Position numbers and translations under genes: made by a program. The notes under the pieces were generated by a model that was given only the letters and a program-made list of their open reading frames with translations, searched no databases and was not told the DNA's origin. DNA of 58,044 nt from Phoronis australis (lineage: Eukaryota; Animalia; Phoronida), in contig NMRA01000744.1 in the NCBI GenBank assembly GCA_002633005.1, forward strand, positions 1 through 58,044, read 5' to 3'. Of this stretch, positions 37,601 to 52,600 are shown piece by piece (position 1 is the stretch's first letter; every line of letters starts with the position of its first letter).

Positions 37601-40600
37601 GTACCTGGGATTTCCAAAGGGGCCTTCCTACCTTGCTCTCTTTCCAAAATGTTCACTTTACTGAAGTGATTTCGTGTCATAATGAACCCCAGGGGTGTTT
37701 CAAATTAAGTGGCAGGCACTTTCAGAAACATATACGGCCACCCACAGTGCCTAGGAGGTTTTAAGGTATATTGCATGAGGAAAGTTTCACTATGACGGTA
37801 GCTTAGAAACAAAAGTCTGATGACGTTTCCATGGAGAGTGATGAATTTAAACTATTTTAACAAACCTCTCAAAGATGAAAAATGTAGAATATACTAACAT
37901 CTTCACATATTCCACATATACCAAACGAAGAAAAAGATTCTGAAAGATGTCCAATGAAAGCTTTTTTGAACCGTTTTCGAAAAAGCCTCGTGGCGACTTT
38001 ATAACCGTGAGAGATTGTTATCTTGGTGGGGGGGGGGGAACTTTCGGAAATCCAGGTACAATAAGATACTATACCACAATACATAAAAAAAACTACGGGT
38101 ATTAACAAGCTACAAGCCAGTGAAAATGACAACGGGTGAATATGGCAAAAAAAATTTGTCCAACTTCGATGGAAAATAATCTCACAATCATCCGTGAGAC
38201 AGTTTAAAAGCCTCACGCTACCGTAGGATTACAGAGAGCAACACGACTATCAAAACAGAACACATTTCAGAGTTGAAGAACCTCTACAGTTCATTCTACA
38301 AAGGAAGCTGGAGTGTACACCGTTCGCATAACACTCCAGAAACAGAACAACAGATTCGACTCACTGAGTTGTAAATGATCCCATCTGTGTGCCCACGTCT
38401 CCATCATTTCACCTCGTCGCGTCGTCAGCTCTACAAGTTTCTCACGCACCTAGAGGGTTACAGTAAAATGTGGCTGAAGCTAAATTATAAATCAACGACC
38501 TCGTGCAATGATAGTGCGCAATTCCAAAACATGCGTTTGGACATTGTGTTTGCAATACAATATCAAATGGTTCACAAAGAAGTTTTGGTGGAAAGGTACC
38601 AAGCAACTAAACACAAAGAGTGAACATTTTGTGCTCTGTAGTAATGTCCACTTGTAGTCACCAGCTGGTGCAAAAAGTTCAAATAAGAAATATGCGTATT
38701 CATTGATCTTCCATTTTAATAGTTAACTAATGTTATTTGTGAACATGCAGAGTACCATTTCAACAAAAATTTGGATTTCAAACTTGTCTACTTTTTCTAA
38801 ACCCAAGCACAAGATAAATATCATCTGGAAAATACAATATGGCCGCCAGCCACCATGACATGGCACTACATACCTCGTCTGATCTGTAATGTCGTCTGCT
38901 CAGTAGGTCCTTGCCCAGGTTGATACAGATGGTGAAGTTCTCGTCACGAGCATCGATCTCCGCCTTCAAACTCTGGTGGTTATTCATGAGCAATTCAACA
39001 CCAGACACGTCCCTGGAAACCGCACAAATCCATGATGTCAAAAGTTTGTCAGAGATTTTGGCTCTATTTTTCCGGACTGGTTGTCCGACAATTTTAATTG
39101 GTTCACATTTTTTAAACCTTGTCAAACCAATTTTTACACAGAATTCTACCAAATTAATGTTTACGGTTACTTACACAGCATTGCCAACTGACATTACACG
39201 CGTTACACAGACTGGCTCACGGTACTTTCAAATGAAGAAAGCATTCTCTACCCATTATTCACGCCTTCACGACATCCAATCAGTACTTACCTAGGTTTCT
39301 CTTGCGTCTTCATCTGCCGTACAATGTCGTCCATCCATAACATAAGGTCAAGCACCATGCTGAAGAAGCGGTGCAAGTCGCTGGTGTCCGCCAGCTTGTT
39401 CTTGCGTGCCTCCACCAGGATCTGAAGGTTACGCCAGGCGTTCACAACCTCCATCTCACGATCCTGCAATGCAACAGCACAAAGCGTTAACATTTAAATC
39501 ACGCACATTTGATACTTCTCATTGAGATGTCTGTTTTAGCGTCATGTGGTCGATTTTGCCTTCCACTTGATACTCACACGAATACCACGTGCTTAAAGGA
39601 ATGCGAGTCCAGACCTGTAGCCTGCCCATGTCCGATACAACTTGGCTATTGTGAACTTGCTTTCCCCTTTCTACTTTGCAAAGTACTACAATCCATTTAG
39701 CCAATGGACAGCACATTTAAGTCCAGTCAATAGAATAAGTGATAGGCTATTACTTTCAATGATGAACCATCGTTTTTTTAAACTTGCACCTAGTCCATGT
39801 AATGATGTAGAAATTGCAATTGAAGCCTTTTCCCAGGAAGTTGCAGGCACTGTCCTGAGAGCCGCAGTTGCCACCACCAGCTGTGTATACAATAAGTAAA
39901 TATACCAGTAGACAACCGAGTCATTTAATTATACATGAGCTTCAGGGACCTGCAAAAAAGGCTGTGACTGTGACTCATACAACATTAAGTGGACTAGGTT
40001 TTACAATCACTGCAATAATCTTTGTCTTGAGAAACAAACCTTAGGTTTCTATTCAGAGTTTACTGGCAAGAAGACTGGATAAGAAACACCTAAAATATGA
40101 CCAATTTTAACCTTGGTATTTTATGTATAATAAATCATATAAACATGCCCACAACATCAAACGAAGGATCTACCTTTATTTCCCTCTGCTTGTCGCCAGC
40201 GTACGATGCCATCAGTTGTGCCGCCTCCTCTTGCACCGATTGCACCTGTGTGCCGAGGGTCAACAAGTCATTCTCGAAGTTGGCATGTTTCCTCTGCAAG
40301 GCTGCCACACTCTGTGCATCTCTGCCCAGGTCGTCGGGCAATGAGTTTTGTTTTTCCTAAACAAACAACAGCATGTCAGCACAATACCAATTTCAAATTA
40401 GATGTTATCAGTCTACAGCAGCAATGGCAGGTGCTAGATAATCTTAGTAAGGAAACTGTACAAGTCAAAGAAAAACGGACATCAGTGCCAGTGCACTGTC
40501 AAAAATGGGAATAAGTAGCCCAAACTTATCGTTTTAATCCCCTTGTCAGAAGTGTAAGGCTTTCGACAATTTACAGCCAACAAAATAACACCCCTGTCCC

Positions 40601-43600
40601 CATCTCATTGCCCTCGTACCAGTATCCTCTCCAGCGTTTCTTTGCAGTCGTGGAAGAATTTCCAGAGGTTCCACGAGGCCTGTAGGTGCTGCGTCCTGGT
40701 GTCAATCAACTCTAGAAGGTCCGCCCACGCCTCGTTCAGGCCATCCTTCCACTCAGCAATTGTGGCAGCGTCCGAGTGTCCAGCTCCGATCAGCTGATCA
40801 CAGATCTCATTGACGGCAGCCACACGTTCCTGCCCAATGGTCTCCGTGTCTCGTGCAAACTCCTTGAAGCGATCCCGCAGCATCTGTGAAGAGCACAGAA
40901 AATTGAATCAATTGGGGGTAGACAAACAGAATCCCCACCATACAGATCAACATCATTTAATCAAAAAACAGTTGCACAAACGGAAATCCACAAGCTCGAT
41001 GCCCCGTCTTAGCCATTATTCCAAGTAAAATTCATTCAAATTGGGTCACTTGTCAGAGAAAACATAAAAAATTCTCTGAAATGTTAAGTTCAACTTACAG
41101 TTACGTGTTCGTAATCCTGGCCAAGTTCGTGTGAGCCGGCAACGACCTCTCTCTCCGCGATCCACTGTTCCAGGTCGTCGACTTCTCTGTTGAGCATGTA
41201 CAATTTGAGGATCTCGTCCAACTTTCCGCGGCGTTCACGTGACAGATCCTTCAAGCTGGCATACAACTTGTCTACCTGCCCTTGCCGCTTGGCAATCTGG
41301 TCACTGGAAGGAAGTAAAGATCTGCATTATGGGTAGGAAATAATCATTGAGCCCAGGTTGCTTTAAGCTACTTAACTGATCAACAGAAATGGAATAGGTG
41401 ACAACAATGTACTAGGTTGTAGCAGAAGTGAGATTATGTTGTCACAACAGTCACACAACTGGTATAACTATATGTTGGGTCATATGCAGTCAAATGATAG
41501 GTCTTGATTTGTACCCATTCATATTCAGAATTAAAGCCAGTTAACACTTCAGTTTCCCATCCTTGTATCGTCAGTGGCAGTATCATGGCCACGTTGCGTA
41601 ATGTTTGATTCTCCAATCCAGAAAGTGTTCTCCCAAGGTTTAATCTACAAGCACGTCCTTTCTTGAGGTTATGTGTAACCGTATTGGCAAGTCTGTGCAC
41701 TTGGCTAATCCACAAAACTAATAGAATTTAACACAAAAACACTATATTTCCTCAAAGTAGAAAGTCTGCACGAAATAGATTTTTGACTTCTTCACATCTG
41801 CCATAACTTGGATAACAAAAAACGAAATACCTTCATAGCAAAACAACAGCATCGATAAAATGACAAATGATAAATGTTCAAGAAGAAATCCCCACAACAC
41901 AACTAATTATCATTTCGTTTCTGCTCTGTGTAACTTTTCAATTTTTTAAAAACATCCTGAGATAAGTCCTATTTCTGATTACTCCTGTGTGCAAGTCACT
42001 CCACCATTTTGGAAAACAGCGCATTAAGCACAGGTTTTGAAAATTTCATTTCTGAGATATAGAATTGAGCAAATCTGGACATTTTTGTTGAATCTCACAT
42101 ATCCACTATACGTCACCTACCTGTCTGGATGGTTGTCGTCAATAAGATTGCTGGCGCGCTCTCCCAGCTGACGCACCGTATCGGCATAATCCTCCACTGT
42201 GTTCTCCAGTGTCTGGTGCTTCTTCAGCATATTGCTAGCACCGTTCTCGTCCTTGGCACGGTCTTCTGTCATCATGTATAACTCCTGCTCACCCATCCAG
42301 GCTTCAGCTTCTCCGGCGTCGAAAAAGTACTGTGAAAAGCAGATGAGAATTAGCAGACAGCACAGGAAAGCAGACGGCACAGGAAAGCAGATGGTGTAGG
42401 ACAGTATACGACTCAATGTATAGAAACTAAATGAACAAAAAATAATAGAACCAGGATGAAACATTGAGGATTACTTGAAAAGTGATTGGAAGAGAATTTG
42501 CAGACATCCTAGGAGACCATGCCACTAAAGATGTTGCAACTTAATAAACAGAAAATAATAGAGACAAGATAAAACATTAATTGCAAGTAAACTGTTGATA
42601 ATGACAGATTAAAAAGTTCTGGAATAGGTTAAATATTGCAGTACCAAAGTAGAAAATTCACAACAATGTCAGGCGCCCCTGAGATAGGAAAACGGTCAAT
42701 TTTGGCAATTAAGTTTGTCTGAAAGTGTTGAGATTTTACCGAACACAATTTACAAATAAAAGCAAAATAATAAAATAACCAGAAAGAAATGACATACAAA
42801 ATCCTCTCCATGGATCTGTCTCATATTCGTTTGAAAGACATTTTTGTCATTTTCTAGCAACAATTGTTAACCATCCACCCAATTAGTGTTAATATCACAA
42901 TTCGCGTGTCTACCCAGACTCCTCCAGCAGTGAGTCACATACCTGTTGGGCCACCTGTGACAGCTCCAACCTGTTGTTTCGAGTGTTGACAGCATCCTTC
43001 AGCTGATCCCACTGTCCCATCAGTTCGTCCATCTGGTACTGGAATTCGCCAGACTGTGGGTGTCCCTCATCAATCATCTGGTTACCGATATCGCACAGCT
43101 CGTTTATCTGAGGCTCGTGGTTGTCGATCTCTGTGCCCAACGACTGCGGAAAGAGTTTGCAGTATAGTTGGTTAGTACTATATACTACCAGTTCAATGTG
43201 AAAACTTGTCAGAATTTCTCAGCATGATTTGAACCAGTAGTTCTAACAGAGAATGTATTATCTCAAGCTTTCCATTAAAGAATCGAGAAATTGTCTGATT
43301 TTTGCAGTCAAATATCCTCTATCACAATCCTTCTGTATTTGTCTAAGCTGGACCATTGGATTGTTTCTGATTTCAATCTTTTTCCAATAACAACTTAAAA
43401 TTTTTGACAAAAAAGTTGCCTGCTTTAATTCAACACCTAACAAAACCACTTTCCCCAAGTCTGTTATTTTTGAAAACTACTGTATTTTTTCAAGTGTCAC
43501 ATTGACGTTTGAAGCATACCATTCAGTCTCAAACCATAAGACAGGTATGGTTACTTCCAAGACAGTAAATTCTATGACAAACTATAAGTCTTCTGATAAG

Positions 43601-46600
43601 AAAATTGGAAAGTGGATTGTGTCAAAAGTAACAATCATCATTTTTGGGTCGTCTGAAACTATCATGACCACAAACTATAAATCACTCTAACCTGGTTCTT
43701 TTTCTGCAACTGCTGTACACTTTGAAGACTGTTGCCGTATTCTGGAGAGGTTGCTAACGGCATCTTCTCAGCAATCCAAAGCTTCTCGTCCTCAATGTCA
43801 CGTAAGAACTGATGTACACGTTTGGCCTTCTCAAGATCCTGACGACGTGCCTCAATGGGAGCACGTAACTGAGCCAGCCTGAAAATAACAAAACTTTCAT
43901 GTAGACCAGACTATACACTTCGATAACCATTTGCTTTTAATATCTTAACTGCCACTGGTAAATGGGATGACTTCATATCTTAACATAGCTAACTCAGTCG
44001 ACACAAGAGCAGACGAGTGTGTGCTAAGGTAATAACAACTTCTTGAGTAAGGACAACTGATTCTCAGATTACATAAAGCCTACAAAACACTGACCAATAC
44101 GTGAACAGACCTTGCATCCTGGAACTTGATACAAATACTTCCAGTTCAAATTAAGAGACAGGTATAATTCAGTAACCACACATTAATTACCCACCTCTCC
44201 TGAACAACAGCCTTCTTAGCCTCGATCTGCTCCAGTTTGTCTGGGTCCTTCTCTCTAATCTGGTCTGCCATACTCTCCAACTCTTGAAATCTCTGCTGCT
44301 TAATCTCTATCTCTTTCTCCATAACCTTTGGAAGAATTACAAACTGAATTACCAACTGTTTCAAATTTCCGATCTTACAATGAAAGCAGAATATCACCTC
44401 TCTTTTATTCAACATGACAAACAAAAAAATCGCACACCAAAACACAGTAAAATCCTGATTGTGATATATTACACACTTTGCCGTTTTATTGTTTTACAGG
44501 ATTACTCATTAAACAAAAACAAAATAATTATAGCAATGCGCCTAACAGATATGGAACAAATTCCAAAATTTTATTACAGTAAGTGGGCAGATGCCAAAAA
44601 TGGCTTCATGCTTTTGGAGAAAAAATTCCAAAAAGTAGCATCAACCGAAACTTCTACGCCAGAAAGACACAATTCACTTTCCCACACAGAAGTTTTCATA
44701 AAAGTGCCCAAAGTTCGTCAAAATTCGTCGGACTTCGTTGAAGTTATGGCAAAAACCAAGAAGAAAACCAGACAAAAAGTAAAACTAAATATTTTGAAAA
44801 TAAATAGAAATTTTTGCTTCAAAATAATTCCACCATTATTCAACGAGAAGAAATATCAACATTTTTTTTAACGCTACAGTACTACAAATTTTCCCTTATT
44901 TCACAAACTTCTTGAATTTCACATTTCAACTTTTTCACATTTTCCCCATTTCACATATCTCCTCCACCACAAGGTCAACTTACACTTTGTTTCTGCATCT
45001 GCAGATTGACCGTAGTCAAGTCCTGTCCAACTTCCTTCTGGATGATCTGCGTCTCCAGCTCATTCAAGTAGCCATCGATATCATCGCAACTCTGCTCGTA
45101 TAAGACGTGACGATTGGCATCGAACAGCTTCTCACCCTTGTCCTTGGTGGCGCCCTCTAGGTCGTCCCATAGCTTAGCGAGCTTCTCCAGACGTGGCTCA
45201 ACCTGTGAGGCACAGTCAGGCTTCTCATGCACTAGATCTTGGCCATCCTGCAAATACAATCAATGATTTGTAGAGCAGTTCGAATACTGTTTGTAAAATC
45301 AAGAGCCTAAGGTTTTATAGGACAGGAAAATTACTTCATTTGAAAATGTTACCGTTAAATTAGGAAACATGTTTCTCTAACGCAACTATACAATGATGTA
45401 GTTTTATTACGTTTTCACACAATCATTTCATAACTGCAAAAACACAACTGCATTAAAGATACTAAAGACATAAGATGAACAAGCCGAAAAACATCCACAC
45501 ATGAATACAATCTCAAAATCACAAGTTCCTGATTCTTTTTATCGAAGCCACACACATCGACAGTATTACCTGCATGAGTTTGTCCAGTCTATCTTTGTTA
45601 GAGGCGATCTCGGACTCAAATGCCTGGTGCCTGACATACTTGCTGTGCAGATTCTTAGCGTCCCTGTATGTCTCATCCTGGGCTGCTGCTGTCTTCTCCT
45701 CTACCCACTCTTCAAGCTAGGAATGAAACGTGCAGTGCTCATCACAACAAGCTCAATTCCATGCAGCAACAAATAAAAAGCTGTCTCAACGTACAGGTCA
45801 GCCTGCCAATCTGCCATAACATGTTTTCACATGAAAAATGGGTACAGCATCATTTGTCAATTCAACTTATAGTAACCACTTATAGAATCATACACTGGCG
45901 GAGGGTGGAGCTATCACCTGTCAAACTACCCCAACCACTTGTTTCCCAAACAAACAACCAAAGACACAGCAGGCAGAGCATGATGAGTCAATCCTATCTC
46001 TTCACTGACAATATCACCAAAGAGGTGGAGCCCAGTATGTCAATCCAGTACAGTCCCACCCACTTACATCCAGTACAGTCCCGCCCACTTACATCCTCAC
46101 AGTCAGTGATGAACTGTTGCAGTTGCAGGTGATCCTTGAGTCTCTCCAGTGCCTCCTGAGCACGTGCTCTGTTAGCGTCACGTCTGTCCATGATGGACTG
46201 TGCCTTGCCCTGAATCTTGTCCGAGGCGAAGTGGTCGTCCTCAACCAGGCGCTGGGCAAACATATCCACTGCATTGATCTTCTCGTCGTTGGCGTCCATA
46301 GTGGTCATGAAAGTCTCGTGTTGCTTGATGGCATTCTCTGCTGCCTCAAGGTTATTCTATTGGAAGAGGAGAAAACAGCAGTAGTGACACGAGCACGCTG
46401 CCTCAAGGTTATTCTATTGGAAGAGGGAAAAACAGCAGTAGAGAAATGAGCATTGAGATTTGGCAAGTACCCATACCTCCAAGAGCAATGTCCCCGTGTT
46501 TTATCCAATACGTCACGTGGTCAGAAATATGTATTCAACAATTATTTTATGTTGAACAAACTAAGAATATCTGAGGCTATGGCAGTGCATGAATTTATCA

Positions 46601-49600
46601 TGATATTAATGATATGCCTTTTCATTTGATAAATACAAACTAAGGCAGTAAGTCAAAACTAGCTTCCTGGCTTTATATTGTTATCTTTCAACTAAATGAT
46701 ATTCATTGCAGTTTTATAAAGGTGGCCAACTGCCATAATTTTTGTTTTAGAAAGGTGTACCATGGATACAGGAGTGAGCTCTGAGCAAGAATACAACTGG
46801 CCAGGGAAAGTTCATTCTAATCCAACTTCTCTCCTAAGCATTACGTAGTTTCATATTAGCTACTCCTGGAGTAGCAGCAAGTTAAATAGAGAATGACTTA
46901 ATCTGGTTCCAGCATCAAAACTGTTACATAGCCATACGCAAGACGTTGAATAACGGTCATGGTTAGTGCGTCATTAATATCTACTCTACTGACTAAACAT
47001 GTACTTGCGATCTCTTTGATGAGATACTAGCAGGTTAAGAACTTGATGAACGTATGGAGCTAATCAACAGAGATCAATGGAAAACTGGGGTTTGTTATTT
47101 TTTGCTAGACTGTCTTTGCTAATTCAAAGGCTAATAATCATTGAAATTGAATTTTTAAACACTAAGCATGCACTTCCTACATAGCGGACTTTTTTACAAG
47201 TTGATTTTGTTAGGCAAACATGACTATGCGGTCATAGACACCAAAAAGTACAACAATGATTACGACAGGCACGTTTAACATCACTTACGGTATGATTGAG
47301 CAAATCAAATGCCTTACACAGGTCAATAAAAGTGGCAGCGCATCCACCATCGCTACTACCAGCTACTTGGACATCATGCTATTACAATATCTTGGGCATA
47401 TAACAACAACATTAAAAAGACAACAAACATGTCACAGTCTTCGTCTGTACCACACGTCAACGTGTGGTCATGCCATGATGGTAACTACATAGTGGTACAC
47501 ACAGTGGTTTACCTGTTTGTCCAAGTTAGTGATCTGTGCAAATAGATTTGAACATGTCGAGTGAACACATAAGAAACTGAACAGAAACAAGTCAAAGAAT
47601 TCAACTGTCCCCACCACGCTTACAAAGGTGGAAATGAAACGTCAACGCTATTTTATGATAAAATGATAAACGATTAGTCACATTGAGCAACTGCTTTTTA
47701 TCAAGAACTGGAAATTTGATATCTCTGAGACCTCTTCGGTGGGCATGAATTATGGCGTTCGATAGGCGGAAAACTGCTAAACAAAAAAACTTTAAAATAC
47801 TTAAAATGCTAGTTCCCATTATTTCTGAAAATACTGATTTCAATAACTAAAACTTATCCCAAGTGGACAAAAACATGAAAACTACAAAAATGCATGGTGA
47901 GAGCAGTTAAAACAACAGGTAAAGGAAAGTATATCTTGAACTTCACGTGAAGTGTGGTTAAGAGTGACCAAGGAAAATGTTAACAATAGTGATCGCAAGC
48001 GTTTAAAAAAATGGTTGCACCTTGCAATCTTCTAAAAGAAAGGTAAAATATTGTTAAAGTACCTTGCATTTTCAAAAGGCATGAACCAAAATAATAGCAA
48101 ACTTCTGGTGATCAGTGCACTAGGTCCACCTGAGCAGCCCCTGCAAGTCTGGTGCACCTGTAGCAAACCGCCTGCAATCGTATTTCCCCGTTATCGACAA
48201 CCTACAAGACGCAGCGACAGCCTTCAACGACGGGTCACCGCAACACATCAGATTCTCAACCCACCAACCCCGTACTCCAGACTACTTACAGGCACGTCCT
48301 CCTTGGACAGGAAGTGTTCTTGCTGGTTAAGCAGCACTTCTGCCTGTTTGGCATCTCTGAGGAACATCTGCAGGTTGAGACTCTGGGACAGAAGGTTCTG
48401 TCTGTTCTCCCACATCTGGTGTACTTCCTCCCAGCCGTCATCAAGCCCCTTCAGACGCTGTGAACACAAGCAGACTAGGTGACATACAGGCAAACGCACA
48501 TCTGACAATGCGCATGGAAGGACACTCATAACAACATTATGTGCTATTATAATGGACTTAGGCAGGACCAGCAGTAATAGACTTGAAAATTCTCACACCA
48601 CAAAATCACTACAAAAACAATTAATATTGCGCCAAGAGAAAAAAAAACAGACAGGAGGAACCAGAAACAACATATCTGGGAAACGGGCATCCTTCAAAAG
48701 TTTCACCACCTCCTTAAATAAAACTAGAAAACTTATTACAATCTTCAATTAATGCCTGCGCTCTGAGAATTTCTACCCTTCTGTCAAATGATCCAACACG
48801 CCTTCATTCTCTTCAGGGACTTGCATTCAACCTATCGACACACCAATGGCAAGTCAACTACAGTAGTTGCAAAAACAAACCTTACGCTTTCGCCCACACC
48901 ACCAGTGTTCCACACCCCCACACCACCCGTGTTTCACACTCACCTGAGCCAAGAACAAGTACTGTGGATCGGTCTGGTCAGCAGTCACCTTCTCACCGTA
49001 TTCCTTCATCTTGGCGTACTCCGGCCCATACCCATCTATTTCTTCCTTCAAAGACTGGTGCTGATTCAACAGAGCCTCTGCCTCGGCAAGGCTGTTGGGC
49101 GACTCTTCCGACGCAATCGTCTTCTGCGTCTCCGACAGCCACTTTTGGAAGTGGTCAAGGTTCTGAAGGAACCGTTGCAGCTCCCCAGCCTCACCCAACT
49201 TCTCGTCGCGTTCTTTCAGCTGTACGAAAAAATAACAACAGTCAGATGGAAAGACTGCTAGCATCGAATGGTATTGCATTAATGATTATGCAGATTCTTA
49301 AAAGAGCTTCAAAAATATAATTTCACGTCTGGTTGACACTGAACAACAACAGACCTTCCTTACAGTTGGTACGCAAACTTACTTTTATAAATAATGCATT
49401 TGTAGCTTCAACTGACCTTAAATATCTAATTTGAAATTGCGTTGAATTTTTGTCCTGCACACTATTTTTGACATGCATACACGGCAAAATCTCAATTTCG
49501 CACAATAATAATCAACAAAATTACAGTTTTCATTCTTCAGGGGTATTGAACATTGCTGTGAATGTCCACACAACTTTTTCAAAAATTTTGGCAAAAGGTA

Positions 49601-52600
49601 GAACATGGGAAGCAACCCATGCTTCGTAGAAAAAAGAACAAAACAAAATTTAATTTGTCAGTCATACTGTGTCCAAAACTGAAGATTTTCTCACTACTGT
49701 AGTAGTAACAGTAATGATATATTTTTACCAAATAATGACAAGACACACGAAACCAACAAATCCTACATCAGTAAGACTACAGAGGCGGCAACTCTGTCGA
49801 CTGTTTCCTGAGTGAAACTCAATGAAAAGCACAAGTACTGCCAACAACCAACAGGTATCACCAGTAGCATATGACCAATCAGCTTTGCATTACAGTCTAT
49901 GATTCTCTGCAAACTAAGGACAACCAACATGACTATTCCTCATGCATACAGACTTACCATTCCCTTCAGATTCTCCCATACAGTTGTGATTTCGGCGATG
50001 CGCTGACGGATCACCTCAGCCTCTTCCGGTTTCTCCTCAGCCAACTGATCAGCCTCGGCATTCAACTGGTCAAGCTGCAAACAACAGAATGACCATGAGG
50101 TGAGGGTACATGTTCACACTGCCAACAACCAGCCAAAAAGTAAAGTAAAAAAATTACGCGTTGAACATAAAGTAATTTAAGAATCAGTAGAGAAACAGAA
50201 CGTATCTGGTGCGAACAGAAGATATCGAAAGAGAACATTAGCAAAAAGTGACGATGCTCCACACAATGTCTGTTAAAGAAGTCACAATGATAAGATGGCA
50301 CATGAAAACTTTCTTACACAACACGAAAAAAGAAGTTCACATCCATTATGTAGACAGAATTTACCAATCTCCTTAAACACAACAATCGACAGCATGCGGA
50401 AGACACACCAGGGCCTGCCACCAGCAAACTTTACACAAGATTCGACTCGGAAATTGACTAACCACACGGCATTCTTCTAGCCAACCTTCAAATTTTGAAC
50501 AATGTGATTGGTCAATTTTCAAGTAGAGTCCCAAGTTTGTTGGTGATGATCCCAGGTAAAAACTGAACAACTCGAAACGTACTTGAATTGGTATCAACAA
50601 TGAACTCTCGAAATGTTTGGTATCATAAACGTTAGGTTGGTCATGCAGCCATCAACTGAGAGAGGTTCATCAAAGATGATTAACAACAGAAGGAAAACAA
50701 ACAAACAAACAAAAGGTGAACATAATACAGGTACGCACAGTCTTTTCCTTCTACACAAGAAGAGAAAAATGACGATTTAATGATAGGTGTTCATGCAGAG
50801 AGGAGCAGACCTATTCGTTACTTCACCCAAGCAATGTTTTTACAATGCCACTTTTATTGTTTAAATGGGCTTTTGTAATGTTTCGAAGCATGAACAAAAT
50901 TTTTCTTTGCTGCAATTAAGACTAGTCAAGAAGGTTTTCTGCTCTTTGCGGATAGCAGTGACACATTTGCAGCCAACGTCTGGACATAAAATCCCACCTT
51001 TTTGTTGATGACAACGTATAACTTACTTAACACTTCACAACCTCATAAGAGTTGCTTAATTGTGCTGTGACCATTTGCAGCTATAACCAGCATGCATACA
51101 GCCACAGTCTGAACACAAATATCTTCTTTAAAGCTACACGTAGTGCCTTCTCCAAAAACATTGTGACTGTTTTGGTTCTTTACTACGGCGCGTTAGTGCT
51201 GCGAATCACACTCAACATCTTGGCTCCACACTTCTCTTCAATAGGAACATTTGTGTACCTAACTTGGATATATTTCAGTCTGAACTTTGCGATTTCAACT
51301 TGACCTATTTAGCGCCGGCTGAGACTTTAAAATGCCTTTTAAAGAGCCATGCCCTTTGAGGGCATCTTAGCGTCACTCCATCAGGATTTCCTCATATCAT
51401 GATTGTCACAGTAAGATTGTGAGTGCATATAAAACGTTCACAGCTAGAGTGCTTATAATGTTATCAATGTATTTCAAAGACCAGTCTCAATTTCGTTTGA
51501 ATTTTCGTCTTAAAAAATACGCCATAATTGTACTATGACCTGTAAGGAGCTTACAGGCGGCATTCTCGACACATGAAATCATCTGCAACTTGTTTTATCT
51601 TTGTTTAAAGCTGTATGTTTCAGGCAATGTGACATATTAGTGAGACAACAATGTGTGGTGCACAAATAGGTCTGCAGAAATGGATAAGAGAACAATGGGA
51701 AGCAGTAGTAACACAGTACAAACCAAAGACAAGAACTGTAATGTAAAATGAAGTCGTTAATGGACTAACTCTACGTAGAATTTAATAACAGATATGAGAA
51801 GGATGAGAGAATATGACAAAACACAAAGGTGGATAGTCAAAGAACGATACGATACAAAAACATAACTGCAAAGTAACTCAAAATACTTTAAGTGTTAGCA
51901 AGATGGGGAACCCTCGCTATTATTAAACAGGAAGACAGGCTTGCTTAAAACTGAAAATAAATATGCTGTTAGTTCCATTCCCGGAAATTGCATTTGCTCA
52001 GATAACAATACGCAGAACGTTTGCCTGAAATTGATTACAATTTCATGTGGACAATTGTTTCGGCAATTTTTAGCACAGCTTCGAAAGCATTCAGACAAAC
52101 AGCAAAGTCCAATGAAAGTCGTGTCAACATAAATCATTGGTCCGAGACAAATGCAATTTTGACAGAGCCTCCCCCCCAACATCTCCCTGAATGTTTCCAG
52201 TGTTGCGGTCGCCATTAGTAAAACATATCATCATCACCATCATACTCTACAACTGATCTAAACACAGCAGGCTGAAAGAGACTGGTTTATCATGCCCTAG
52301 GTAAAAACCTCTTGCGTCTCCGAAGGCACTTGGAAAGTGGAAGATTCGTATTTGTTTGCCTCGTCCTTGAGGAAGTCAAGCTGAAATATGACAGTTGAGA
52401 ATTCCACAAATGCACCGATTGCGCAGCTTAAACATAAACATCGGTTTTCTCCACAATGTTTTGACTCGTTGTGGCATCGAGTTTCGAGTTTTGCCGCAAC
52501 GAGTTAGGCTCACTTACATAACTTACTTCTTAGATAAATTAAGACACTTGAACTTTTGACACAGTTAAAATGAGTTCAAAGTTCTCCAAAGATTGAACAT

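Noticed and set aside
37450-38873. Apparently missing spectrin segment, and missing first half of the PH domain, in the ORF track
   Set aside because: Found as short exons (38365-38449, 28649-28751, 27464-27539); the gene is intact
44284-44871. Longest ORF in the track (195 aa, + strand)
   Set aside because: AT-rich, Lys/Asn/Ile-biased frame antisense to a spectrin intron, with no recognisable motif; likely chance or a repeat remnant
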